Of a DNA stretch of 32,000 bases, positions 8,510 to 19,800 are shown one piece after another. The notes below the pieces were generated by a model. The model was not told the DNA's origin, did not search any database, and saw only the letters and a list, made by a program, of their open reading frames with translations. Numbering within the stretch: position 1 is the stretch's first letter; every line of letters starts with the position of its first letter. The DNA is taken from positions 450,001 through 482,000 of the forward strand of contig NZ_OZ060402.1 in assembly GCF_964059045.1 (NCBI RefSeq), written 5' to 3'. This DNA is from Candidatus Saccharimonadota bacterium. GTDB taxonomy: Bacteria > Pseudomonadota > Gammaproteobacteria > Enterobacterales > Enterobacteriaceae. The translations under genes were made by a program, and so were the position numbers.

Positions 8510-9011
8510 GATATAATAAATATAAATATTAATAGTTTCAATAAAATATTAAAAAATATTTTTTTAAAAAAATCATAAAGATAAATATTATCTTTAATTA
8601 AATTAATATGTAGAATACATTATAAAATAAAATATAAATATTTATATATATTTTAAAAATTCATAAAATAATCAATGTATATTAATTATAAAAATAATTA
8701 TTATAATTAATATATTTATGTTAAGTTTTCAATACACAGTATCAAAAAAAAATTAATCAATATTATCATTATTGTATTTTTTTTTAAAATATATCATAAA
8801 AACAAAAATATTTAGTATTCTATGATTTGTTTATAATAATGATCAAACTTTTAATTCAAAATAATAATTTTGTATATATTTTATATAGTATCTAATTATT
8901 ATTTATAAAATATTAAAAATTTTTATTGTGCATTTCAATGTTATATTTGAAACAATAAAATAGATATATATATTTGATATATTTATACTAATATATTTTA
9001 GGATAAAATAA

Positions 9012-9605
9012 ATGGATGAAATGATTTCTACTACTATACTACTCATATTTATTATGGATCCAATAGGTAATTTACCTATTTTTATGTCTATATTAAAAAA
9101 TATAGAACCAAAAAGAAGACAATTAATATTAATAAGAGAAATGATAATAGCTTTATTAATCATGTTATTATTTTTATTTGGAGGAGAAAAAATATTATTA
9201 GTTTTAAATTTAAAAACTGAAACTATTTCTATATCAGGAGGAATTATTTTGTTTTTAATAGCAATAAAAATGATTTTTCCAAATGAAGAAAATAATAATC
9301 AAACTGTGATGAATCAAGATGAACCTTTTTTAGTTCCATTAGCTATACCATTAGTAGCAGGTCCTTCATTACTAGCAACATTAATTTTATTATCTCACCA
9401 ACATCCTACTCAATTGTTTTACTTATCATCATCATTACTTATCGCATGGAGTATTACTGTAGTAATATTATTATCATCAGGATTTTTTTTAAGAATATTT
9501 GGAGCCAAAGGAATTAATGCTTTAGAACGACTGATGGGATTAATTCTTATTATGTTATCTACTCAAATGTTTTTAGAAGGTATAAGAACATGGTTTAAAA
9601 ATTAA
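9012..9605 (+). CDS. yhgN: MarC-family inner membrane protein (YhgN)
   Basis: 197 aa, the same length as E. coli YhgN. LLI.IMDP.GNLPIFMS.LK..EPKRR, SISGGIILFLIAIKMIFP, EPF.VPLAIPLVAGP and NALERLMGLIL are conserved. It is divergent from asd as in E. coli. Confidence 0.9.
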   Translation: MDEMISTTILLIFIMDPIGNLPIFMSILKNIEPKRRQLILIREMIIALLIMLLFLFGGEKILLVLNLKTETISISGGIILFLIAIKMIFPNEENNNQTVMNQDEPFLVPLAIPLVAGPSLLATLILLSHQHPTQLFYLSSSLLIAWSITVVILLSSGFFLRIFGAKGINALERLMGLILIMLSTQMFLEGIRTWFKN

Positions 9606-9871
9606 TTTAAATTATTATTTAAATCATAAATAATTTTAATTAATTCAATAAAAATATTCTTTTTAAAATAAATATTCATAATAATTAATCATATAATATT
9701 ATTTATATCATAAATATATAAAATATATATAACCAATAAAGTATTATACTTTATAGATATTGATCTATGTATTATTTTTTAAATAAAAATACTCATTAAA
9801 AATAATAATTAAAAATAATATAAATATTTAATTATAATTCATATCACCTAAATATATATAAGGATTTTACC

Positions 9872-11032
9872 ATGCCTCTCAAAACTATTTCAGAAATTGA
9901 TATTTATAAGAAAATAGTATTAATTCGTGCTGATTTAAACGTACCTATAAGAAATAATGTTATTGAATCTGATGCTAGAATTCTTGCAACATTACCTACG
10001 ATTCAATTTGCGCTTCAAAAAAAAGCAAAAGTAATTATTATGTCTCATTTAGGTAGACCAAAAGAAGGTATCATTGATAAAAATTTTTCTCTATATCCAA
10101 TATTTGAATATTTTAAAAAAATATTACCAAATCATAAAATTAAATTTTCTAATACATATTTAAATGAAATTAATAAAGATTTTCAAGAATTAACGATTTT
10201 AGAAAATGTAAGATTTAATTTAGGCGAAAAAAATAATGATACGTTACTTGCTAAAAAATATGCATCATTATGTGATGTTTTTGTCATGGATGCTTTTGGA
10301 TGTGCTCATAGAAAACAAGCATCTACTCACAAAATCATTCAATATGCTAAACAATCGTGTGCTGGTTTATTATTTATGAAAGAAATAAATTCACTAACAA
10401 CAAATTTAATTAATCCAGAACGCCCTATGGTGGCAATTATAGGAGGATCAAAAGTATCTACAAAATTTAATGTATTAAAATCAATAACAAAAATAGCGGA
10501 TACTACAATTGTCGGTGGAGGTATTGCTAATACATTTATTGCTATTAATAATAATATAGGACAATCTCTATATGAACCAGAATTTATTAATGCAGCCAAA
10601 AAATTAAAAAATAAATATAATATTCTAGTACCTATTGATTCACATGTAAAAATAAATCAAAATCAAAATTTCACATCTACGATAAAAAAAATATCAGATA
10701 TCAATGAAAACGAAGAAATTATGGATATGGGAACAGAAAGTATTAAAAACATGATCAAAGTTCTAAAAAACGCTAAAACTATCTTATGGAATGGTCCTGT
10801 TGGTGTTTTTGAAATATTAAAATTTAGAACAGGAACTGAAGCTCTAGCAAAAACTATAGCTGATAGTCATGCTTTTTCTATTGCTGGAGGAGGTGACACA
10901 TTATCCGTCATTGATATGTTTAATATTAAAAAAAATATTTCTTATATCTCTACAGGAGGAGGTGCTTTTTTAGAATTTATTGAAGGTAAAAAATTACCTA
11001 CTATTTCTATTTTAGAAAAATATAAATTATAA
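9872..11032 (+). CDS. pgk: Phosphoglycerate kinase
   Basis: 386 aa. IRADLNVP, SHLGRP.EG, LENVRFN.GEK, CDVFVMDAFG.AHR, RPMVAI.GGSKVSTK, VGGGIANTF, ILWNGP.GVFE and SIAGGGDT...ISYISTGGGAFLEF match Pgk. An AAGGA Shine-Dalgarno sequence lies upstream. Confidence 0.97.
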   Translation: MPLKTISEIDIYKKIVLIRADLNVPIRNNVIESDARILATLPTIQFALQKKAKVIIMSHLGRPKEGIIDKNFSLYPIFEYFKKILPNHKIKFSNTYLNEINKDFQELTILENVRFNLGEKNNDTLLAKKYASLCDVFVMDAFGCAHRKQASTHKIIQYAKQSCAGLLFMKEINSLTTNLINPERPMVAIIGGSKVSTKFNVLKSITKIADTTIVGGGIANTFIAINNNIGQSLYEPEFINAAKKLKNKYNILVPIDSHVKINQNQNFTSTIKKISDINENEEIMDMGTESIKNMIKVLKNAKTILWNGPVGVFEILKFRTGTEALAKTIADSHAFSIAGGGDTLSVIDMFNIKKNISYISTGGGAFLEFIEGKKLPTISILEKYKL

Positions 11033-11104
11033 TTCATGATATTTAATCATATCTTTATTATTTGATATTTTAAAATTATTATATTCACTAAAAACAGGAC
11101 AACC

Positions 11105-12196
11105 ATGTGTCATAGTATTGATTATTTTAAACCAGGAGTTTTATCTGCTCATAAAGCACAAGAATTATTTAAAATTGCTAAAAAAAATAATTTTGCATTA
11201 CCAGCTGTTAACTGTATAGGAAATGATTCAATAAATACAGCTTTAGAAACTGCCTCATTAATGCAATCAGCAATTATTATTCAATTTTCTTATGGAGGAT
11301 CTATTTTTATTTCTGGTTTAGGAATAAAAAATAAAAATCAAACAGAATTGGCTACTTTAGGATCTATTTCTGGAGCACAACATGTTCATTTATTAGCTAA
11401 ACATTATAAAGTACCTGTTATATTACATACCGATCATTGCCATAAAGATATATTACCTTGGATAGACCAATTGTTAGAAGAAGGTAAAAAATTTTTTAAA
11501 AACAATGGAAAACCATTATTTACTTCTCATATGATAGATTTATCAAAAGAAAACATTAAAGATAATATACAAACTTGCACTCAATATTTTGAAAAAATGA
11601 ATAAAATTAATATGATGTTAGAAATAGAATTAGGATGTACAGGAGGGGAAGAAGATGGAATAGATAATAGTTCAATAAATATAGAATCTTTATATACTAA
11701 ACCAGAAGAAGTAAATTATGCATATCAAAAATTAAAATGTATCAGTCCTAATTTTACAATAGCTGCTTCATTTGGAAATGTTCACGGAGTTTATAAAACA
11801 GGAAACGTTCAATTAATCCCTTCTATTTTAAAAAAATCTCAAAAATTTGTTAAAGAAAAAAATTATTTATCTTGTTCTAAACCATTAAATTTTGTTTTTC
11901 ATGGAGGATCGGGATCATCAATTAATGAAATCAAAAAATCAATTAATTATGGAATTATAAAAATGAATTTAGATACAGATATGCAATGGGCTACATGGAA
12001 TGGAGTTCTAAAATTTTATAAAAAAAATAAAAATTATTTACAAGGTCAATTAGGGAATCCAGAAGGAATTCATGTTCCAAATAAAAAATATTATGATCCT
12101 AGAAATTGGATTCGAGAATCACAAAAATCTATGTCAATAAGATTACAAAATGCATTTAAAATACTTAATTCAAATCATATTTTTAAACGAAAATAA
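11105..12196 (+). CDS. fbaA: Fructose-bisphosphate aldolase, class II
   Basis: 363 aa. NFALPAVNC, PVILHTDHC, LPWID, LFSSHMIDLS-like LFTSHMIDLS, LEIELGCTGGEEDG.DNS, FTIAASFGNVHGVYK.GNV, NFVFHGGSGS and KMN.DTD.QWA match E. coli FbaA. It follows pgk as in the pgk-fbaA operon. Confidence 0.97.
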   Translation: MCHSIDYFKPGVLSAHKAQELFKIAKKNNFALPAVNCIGNDSINTALETASLMQSAIIIQFSYGGSIFISGLGIKNKNQTELATLGSISGAQHVHLLAKHYKVPVILHTDHCHKDILPWIDQLLEEGKKFFKNNGKPLFTSHMIDLSKENIKDNIQTCTQYFEKMNKINMMLEIELGCTGGEEDGIDNSSINIESLYTKPEEVNYAYQKLKCISPNFTIAASFGNVHGVYKTGNVQLIPSILKKSQKFVKEKNYLSCSKPLNFVFHGGSGSSINEIKKSINYGIIKMNLDTDMQWATWNGVLKFYKKNKNYLQGQLGNPEGIHVPNKKYYDPRNWIRESQKSMSIRLQNAFKILNSNHIFKRK

Positions 12197-12222
12197 TATT
12201 GATATGATCAATATATTTTTTT
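12196..12222 (+). terminator. Candidate intrinsic terminator of the pgk-fbaA unit
   Basis: An 8-bp perfect stem ATATTGAT (12196-12203) pairs with ATCAATAT (12207-12214) around a 3-nt loop. It is followed by A then T7 (12216-22). It starts at the last base of the fbaA stop codon. The stem is short and AT-rich (one G-C pair), so it is weak thermodynamically. Confidence 0.4.
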
Positions 12223-12373
12223 GTGTAACAAAATAAATGATATATATATCATAAATATTATTTAAATTTTTATAATTCAAATATAAAACGTGATACATAA
12301 AAATATTTTATAGATATATAAATTATTTTTTATAAATAAAAAAATAATATAAAATATAAGAATAACAAAAATA

Positions 12374-12412
12374 ATAATATGAATTATAATTACAATCTAT
12401 AATTCATATTAT
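12374..12412. repeat. 15-bp perfect inverted repeat (hairpin with a 9-nt loop) in the fbaA-mscS spacer
   Basis: 12374-12388 (AATAATATGAATTATA region) pairs base for base with 12398-12412. The loop ATTACAATC occupies 12389-12397. I checked this position by position. Its function is unknown. Confidence 0.55.
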
Positions 12413-12492
12413 AAAAAATAATTTTTATTTTATTTTTACAATATGATTTAAATTGAAAAATTTAATATTATTATTTACTATCAGGAATAAAG

Positions 12493-13338
12493 ATGGAAGA
12501 TTTAAATGTAGTAAATGATATCAATCATGCAGGAAATTGGATTATTCGAAATCAAGAATTACTACTCAGCTATTTAATTAATTTTACATCAGCTATTATT
12601 ATTTTAATTGTAGGAATGTTTGTAGCCAGAATAATATCTAATGGTGTGAATAAAATATTAATTACTAGACATATAGATGCTACTATTTCTGGATTTTTAT
12701 CTGCTTTAGTAAGATACGTTATTATTACATTTACATTAATTGCTTCGTTAGGTCGTATAGGTGTACAAACAACATCTGTTATAGCCATTTTAGGTGCTGC
12801 TGGCATGGCAATTGGATTAGCATTGCAAGGATCATTATCTAATTTTGCTGCTGGGGTACTGCTTGTTACATTAAGGCCTTTTCGAACTGGAGAATACGTA
12901 GATTTAGGAAATGTAGCTGGTACTGTTTTAAACGTACATATTTTTTATACTACTTTAAGAACTTTAGATGGAAAACTTGTTGTAGTTCCAAACGGGAAAA
13001 TTATCTCTGGTAATATTATTAATTATTCTCGTGAACCAGTTAGAAGAAATGAATTTATTATTAGCGTTAGTTATAATTCCGATATTGATTTAGTAATTCA
13101 AGTTCTTAGAAATGTCATCGAACAAGAAAAAAGAGTCTTAAAAGAATTAGGTGTAATCATTGGATTAAGTGAATTAGCACCTTCTTCTCTAAATTTTATA
13201 GTCAAATGTTGGAGCAATACTGATGATTTAAATATGGTTTATTGGGATTTAATGGCACAATTCAAAAAAGCATTAGATAATAATAATATTAATATTCCAT
13301 ATCCTAAAATGGATGTTTATTTGCATAAATCAAAATAA
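12493..13338 (+). CDS. mscS: Small-conductance mechanosensitive channel MscS (YggB)
   Basis: 281 aa and strongly conserved. MEDLNVV, LLLSY, DAT...[66 protein letters not shown] and [14 protein letters not shown] match E. coli MscS. It follows fbaA as in E. coli. Confidence 0.96.
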   Translation: MEDLNVVNDINHAGNWIIRNQELLLSYLINFTSAIIILIVGMFVARIISNGVNKILITRHIDATISGFLSALVRYVIITFTLIASLGRIGVQTTSVIAILGAAGMAIGLALQGSLSNFAAGVLLVTLRPFRTGEYVDLGNVAGTVLNVHIFYTTLRTLDGKLVVVPNGKIISGNIINYSREPVRRNEFIISVSYNSDIDLVIQVLRNVIEQEKRVLKELGVIIGLSELAPSSLNFIVKCWSNTDDLNMVYWDLMAQFKKALDNNNINIPYPKMDVYLHKSK

Positions 13339-13365
13339 TTTTTTTAACACAATAAATTAGTATTA

Positions 13366-13441
13366 ATTATGACTAATATATTCATTAAAATCATAGTAAT
13401 AGTGTTATTAATTATAGATATAACAATATATTAGTCATAAT
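13366..13441. repeat. 17-bp perfect inverted repeat separated by 42 nt in the mscS-recC spacer
   Basis: 13366-13382 (ATTATGACTAATATATT) is the exact reverse complement of 13425-13441 (AATATATTAGTCATAAT). The arms include G/C positions (GAC/GTC). I verified this base by base. Its function is unknown. Confidence 0.6.
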
Positions 13442-13538
13442 AAATATTATGTAATATAATATAAAAATAAAATATAATATTTTAATTTATCTAAACATTA
13501 AAAAACAAAATTAATTATTAAACGATTTTATAAAAAAT

Positions 13539-16500
13539 ATGTTAATTATATATAAATCAAATCAATTTAAAAAATTATTAAATAAAGTATGTCAAATTAT
13601 ACAAAAAGAACCACTTAAAAATCCTTTGCAAAATGAATTATTTATAGTCAATAACAAAGAAACAGAAAAATGGATGAAAATCCTTATTGCAAAAAAGATT
13701 AGTATTTGTTCTAATATTCAATTTTATCAACATGAAGCATTCATATGGAAAATAATACATCGTCTCTTACCTGAAGATTATCAAAAATATAATTTTCATC
13801 GGGATATGATTTTTTGGAAAATATTATCTATCATTCAAAAATATAATAATAAATTTATTTTTGATACAAAAATAAAAAACAAAAAAATACAAAAATTTAA
13901 TTTTGCATATTATATGTCTTATTTATTTCATCAATATTTAATTTATAGACCAGAATGGATTAATTGTTGGGATAAAAATATTAATATAAATATTTCATCT
14001 AAATCTCAATTATGGCAAAAAAAACTTTGGACCATGATATTAAAATATAATCATAAAATTAATCAAAACAATAATCATTTTTACTATATAAAAAAAAAAA
14101 TTATTGATATATTTAATCATAAAAAAAATATTATCAAAAATTTTTTACCTATGCGAATATTTATTTTTAATACATCAAATATTCCTCATAATTATATAAA
14201 AATAATAAATTCAATGAGTAAAATATATAAAATATATATTTTATTAAATATAAATCATAATTATAATATCAACTATCAAAAAAAAATAAAAAATGAAAAT
14301 AATTTATTTTTATATGAAAAAAAATATATTTTTAATCATATTCAATATTTATATTCTATGAATCATAAAACATATAATTTATTTTCAAAAATAAAAAAAA
14401 ATAATTTACTACAAAAAATACAAAAAAAAATTTTATGTAATCAATATAATAACACAATTAAAAAAAAATATATTCATCCAAAAATAGATACATTCCTTTC
14501 AACTGATAATTCAATTAGTATACATATTTGTCATTCTTTAAAAAGAGAAATAGAAATATTACATAATAACTTACTAAATATATTACAAAAAAATAAGATT
14601 ATTCATCCTCAAGATATTATAGTATTATCTATCGATATCAATATTTATGTACCATTCATTCATGCAATATTCAATTCTGCTCCAAAAAATTATTTTATAC
14701 CATTTACAATAGCTAATTCATGTATATCTAAAAAAAATACAATATTTTATACATTTGAAAAACTGTTAAATATTGCTAATAGCATATTTGAAAATGAAGA
14801 AATATTATCATATTTGTCATTACCAATATTATTAGAACAATTTAAAATTAATTTAGAAGAATTAAAAATATTAAAAAAATGGATAAAAAATACCAATATA
14901 AAAATAGGATTTGATAAACAACATTTAAATCAAATATTAAATATAAATACAAATTACAATAGTTGGAATTTTGGAATTGATCGCATGCTTCTAAATTATG
15001 CTATTAATAACAAAAAATTCATATGGAAAAATACTGTTCCTTACAATGAAATTAATTATGAACGCTCTGAATTAATTTCTAAGCTAAACCAATTTATAAT
15101 TTTATTAAATAAATGGAGAAAAATACTTTCCATTCCTAAAACTCTTAAAAAATGGTTACCATTACTATCAGAAATAATTGAAGATTTTTTCCCTATTAAA
15201 TATTTGCAAAATAAAGAAATACTTTTTTTAAAAAAAATATGGAATAACATTATTTCTAATGGACTTAAATCTCATTTTGAAAAAAAAATTACAATAACAA
15301 TATTGCAATCAATGATTGCAAACCAATTGAATAAAAAAGAAAATTATTCTAATTTATTTTCAGGAAAAGTAAATTTTTGCAATATAAATTTATTAGAAAA
15401 TATACCATTTCAAGTTATATATTTAATAGGTATAAATGAGGATGTTTACCCTAGAAAAATTGATTCTATATCATTCAATTTAATAAAAAAATTCCCAAAA
15501 ATAGGAGATAAAAATCATAGATTATATGATCATTATATATTTCTAAATTATTTATTAAATGCACAAAAATATTTTTACATTAGTTGTATAAATTTAAAAC
15601 AACAAAATATAAATAATATTTCTTCATCAATCCTCATTGAACAACTAATTAATTGTGTTACTAACCATTTTCAATTAATTGATCAAAATTATATAACAAA
15701 TCAATATTTTAATAAAATAAATGACAATAAAAAAAAAATTATTAATCATTTATATCATTTTGACAATATTCCTTATGGTGAACAAGATAATTTTAAAAAA
15801 CAACATTTTAATCAAAATTTTAAAAATCAAAATTGCAATATAACATATATTCAAAAACAAACAGAAAAAAAAACAGATCAAAAATTATTCATCATTAAAT
15901 CTAATAAAATTGATATAATAAATTTTATACAATTTTGGAAAAATCCTATAAAATTTTTATTCTTTAATCTTTTAAAAATAAAAACAAAAATAATAAATAA
16001 AAAAGAATGTAATATAGATTATTTTTCTATAAATTCTAAAAATATTTATTGTATTAAACAAAAACTATTAGATTATTTAGTCTATAATAAAAACATAAAA
16101 ACCCTCTATGAATTTTATAAAAAATCAGGCATATTACCATATGGTAATTTTGGACAATATATTTGGGATCAAATAAAAAAAGAAATGATTGAAATATATA
16201 AAATGATATTCAAATTAAGAAATCAACCTGAAAAAAAAATAATCAATATTAAAATCAATCAATATCAGTTATATAATTATGAATTAAAAGAAATACATAA
16301 AATAGGATTAATACGTTGGAAACCACATGTAATTAATATTCAAGATAAAATGTCTTTGTGGATTGAACATTTAATATATTGTTTTTTAAATGGTGAAGGA
16401 AATAGTTATATCTTTGGTAATAAAAAAAGTAATTGGGTTTATTCAAATTTATCTTCAAAAAAAGCATTTGATTATTTAGAAAAATATATTAAAGGTTATT

Positions 16501-16781
16501 TAATAGGAATTAATCAACCATTAATGCTAACTCAATCCGGTTTTGAATGGATAAAATCCCAATACGACAAAAAAAATAAAATAATTTTTAATAATGAAAC
16601 TAAAAATAAAATGAGCAAAAAAAAATTTTTTAATGAATGGAATGGAAATATAAATAAAAATGGTGAAAAAGATAATATATTTATTAGAAAAATTATTACA
16701 GAAATAAATAAAAATGATTTTATTAATTTATGCAATATTGCTAAACAATGGTTTTTACCTATATTAAAAAATCAATTGTAA
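13539..16781 (+). CDS. recC: Exodeoxyribonuclease V gamma subunit RecC
   Basis: 1080 aa and colinear with E. coli RecC. MLIIYKSN matches MLRVYHSN. FIW, YL.YRP.W, SI.ICHS..REIEILHN.LL, P.DIIV...DI..Y.PFI.A.F.SAP, GIDR/LTRMLL.YA, the region around the FxxVxLIGxNEDVYPR-like FQVIYLIGINEDVYPR, and the C-terminal WIEHLIYC are also conserved. Confidence 0.93.
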   Translation: MLIIYKSNQFKKLLNKVCQIIQKEPLKNPLQNELFIVNNKETEKWMKILIAKKISICSNIQFYQHEAFIWKIIHRLLPEDYQKYNFHRDMIFWKILSIIQKYNNKFIFDTKIKNKKIQKFNFAYYMSYLFHQYLIYRPEWINCWDKNININISSKSQLWQKKLWTMILKYNHKINQNNNHFYYIKKKIIDIFNHKKNIIKNFLPMRIFIFNTSNIPHNYIKIINSMSKIYKIYILLNINHNYNINYQKKIKNENNLFLYEKKYIFNHIQYLYSMNHKTYNLFSKIKKNNLLQKIQKKILCNQYNNTIKKKYIHPKIDTFLSTDNSISIHICHSLKREIEILHNNLLNILQKNKIIHPQDIIVLSIDINIYVPFIHAIFNSAPKNYFIPFTIANSCISKKNTIFYTFEKLLNIANSIFENEEILSYLSLPILLEQFKINLEELKILKKWIKNTNIKIGFDKQHLNQILNINTNYNSWNFGIDRMLLNYAINNKKFIWKNTVPYNEINYERSELISKLNQFIILLNKWRKILSIPKTLKKWLPLLSEIIEDFFPIKYLQNKEILFLKKIWNNIISNGLKSHFEKKITITILQSMIANQLNKKENYSNLFSGKVNFCNINLLENIPFQVIYLIGINEDVYPRKIDSISFNLIKKFPKIGDKNHRLYDHYIFLNYLLNAQKYFYISCINLKQQNINNISSSILIEQLINCVTNHFQLIDQNYITNQYFNKINDNKKKIINHLYHFDNIPYGEQDNFKKQHFNQNFKNQNCNITYIQKQTEKKTDQKLFIIKSNKIDIINFIQFWKNPIKFLFFNLLKIKTKIINKKECNIDYFSINSKNIYCIKQKLLDYLVYNKNIKTLYEFYKKSGILPYGNFGQYIWDQIKKEMIEIYKMIFKLRNQPEKKIINIKINQYQLYNYELKEIHKIGLIRWKPHVINIQDKMSLWIEHLIYCFLNGEGNSYIFGNKKSNWVYSNLSSKKAFDYLEKYIKGYLIGINQPLMLTQSGFEWIKSQYDKKNKIIFNNETKNKMSKKKFFNEWNGNINKNGEKDNIFIRKIITEINKNDFINLCNIAKQWFLPILKNQL

Positions 16782-16880
16782 TATTTTATTAAAAATAATA
16801 TTCAATTATTATTATAAACAAATATTATAATAAATAATTACTAAAATAATCTCTTTTAACAATTCAAAAATATAAATTAT

Positions 16881-19800
16881 ATGAATTCTCAATCATCTCC
16901 TATAAATGTTTTTAATTTTAATTTTAACCAAAATACATTAATTGAAGCTTCTGCTGGAACAGGAAAAACTTTTACAATAGTAATATTATATTTACGATTA
17001 TTATTAGGATTAGTTAATATAAACCATGTATCTTCAAAATTATCTATAGAAAAAATATTAATTGTTACATTTACACAAACAGCTAAAGAAGAAATAAAAG
17101 ATAGAATTAAAAAATATATTCATGATTTAAAAATAGCATGTATTGAAAAAAATACCAAAATATTTATTTTACAAAAAATCATGAAAGAAATTAAAAATTT
17201 TAAAAAAGCAATTATGATATTAAGTCAAGCAGAAAAAAAAATTGATTTAGCTGCAATTTATACTATTCATGGTTTTTGTCATAAAATATTAAAAACTCAT
17301 TATTTTTATTCAAAATTATTAATACATGATCATTTTATAGAAAATAATTACAAAATATATTTAAAAGCAACTAATATATTTTGGAAAAAACATTGCCATT
17401 TATTACCATATGAAATTTCAAAAATTATTTATCAAGAATGGTTAAATGAAGAGAAACTATTAAAAATTATTTATCCATTATTCAAATTTTCATCAATCAA
17501 ATTAAATACTAATATATTAAAAAACACAAATATTATATTGTTTCATAAAAATTTAATTATAAAAATTAAAAAATTTAAAATACTATGGTTGAAAAATATA
17601 ATTCAAATTAATAATTTTTTTCATAATTTAAAAATCAACTTATATATTTATAATAAAACAAATTTAAATAGATGGATTAATATTATTAATAAATGGTCAA
17701 ATAATTCTACTGAAAACTATATAGTTCCATCTGTATTAAATTATTTTAACTATATTACTATAAAAACCAATATTTTAAATAAAAATGAAAAAATACCAAT
17801 TTTTTTTAAAAAAATCCAATATTTTTTAAAAATAAATTTTTCAATTAAAGAAATTATAATAGTGAATGCATTACAAAAAATACCTGAAATTATTCAAAAA
17901 GAAAAAAATAAAAAATTATTTTATGAACATAACGATTTGATTATTTTTTTAAATAAATTTCTTAAAAACAAAAATATAATTAATAATATACAAAAACAAT
18001 ATCCTATTGCTTTTATTGATGAATTCCAAGATACTAATTTAGAACAATATAAAATATTTAAAACAATATATCATCAATCTAAAAAATCAAATTTAGTTAT
18101 TATTGGTGACCCAAAACAAGCAATTTATAGTTTTCAAGGTGCTGATATTTTTGCTTATATCAAAGCAAAAAATGAAACTAAAAAACATTATTATCTTACA
18201 ACTAATTTCCGTTCATCAAAAAATATGGTTCTTAGTGTAAATATGTTATTTTCAAGAATGAATAATCCATTTATATTTAATCAGATATTATTTCAACCAC
18301 TATTATCTAATACAGAAAACCAAAATATAAATTTTACAATAAATGGATTATTACAACCTGCATTAAATCTTGTCATAGAACCAACAATAAATAAAAAAAA
18401 ATATCCATATTGGACAGCAAGACAATGTGCAGTTAATATTTTTAATTGGATAAATTATTCTAAAACAAATCTATCTAACATTCAAATTCACAAAAAAATT
18501 CATAAAGTCACTGAAGAAGACATAGTTATTCTTGTTAGAAATAAAAATGAAAGTAAAATAATACAATTGGAATTAGATAAAATTAATATTAATTCTATAT
18601 ATATATCTAATAAAAATTGTATTTACGACATACCAGAAGCTATAGAAATATTATATATATTAATATCATTATTAGATTTAAGAAATGAACAAGCATTTAT
18701 AAATGCCTTTTCTACAAGTATCATGCAAAAAACTATTCAAGAAATAAAAAATGTCCAATATATTCATAAATATCGATCTATTTGGATAAAAAAATTTTAT
18801 ATATATTTATCAATTTGGAATAAAAATGGAATTTATGCCATGTTGAAAAAAATTACTGAAGAACAAAAAACTTCTTTAACACAAAAATGTTTAAAAAAAA
18901 CCAAATCCACTATTAATAATATTTTACATATAGGAGAATTACTACAAACTAAAGAGATAGAAAATGTAGATAAATATAATTTAATACAATGGTTCAAAAA
19001 AAAAATTAAAAATAAAAAAGAAATTATTTCAAAAGAAGAAATATTAAGACATCATAATATAAAAAATGCTATTAAAATTATTAATATACATGCATCTAAA
19101 GGATTAGAATTTTTTATTGTTTGGATACCATTTGCAATAAATTATATTAAATCACAATATCCAATTTATCATGATCAAAATCATAATTTAATTTATGATT
19201 TAAAAAATAAAAATAATAGTATAAAAAATGCGGAAAAAGAAAGAATAGCAGAAGATATCAGATTATTATATGTAGCTATAACTCGATCTATAGTACATTG
19301 TTGTATAGGAATAGAAACATCAAAAATCAAAATAAAAAAAAATACCAATACAACCGATATACATTGTAGTGCAATAGGATATATTTTACAATTAGGTAAA
19401 AAACTAAATAAGCAACAATTTGATACTATTATTAATAATTTAAAAAAAGAAACATGGATTAAAATAACCACAAAAGAACAATATTTGCAAAAACAATATA
19501 AAAATAATCATATAAATATTAATAATCATATTCCAGAAAAAAAATATAATATTAATAAAATATGGACTATCACTAATTACACGCAATTAAAAAAAGAAAA
19601 TGAAATTATACTGAATACTAAAAACCAAAATATTATAGATATAAAATTTAAAAAAAATAAAATATTAAAAAATGATTTATATAACAATCACAATTTTATA
19701 AAAGGATCATTATCCGGTCAATTATTGCATAATATATTAAAAAAAACTAATTTTTCAGAAAATATGCAATCTGAAACAATTTGCAAACAATTAAAAAAAT

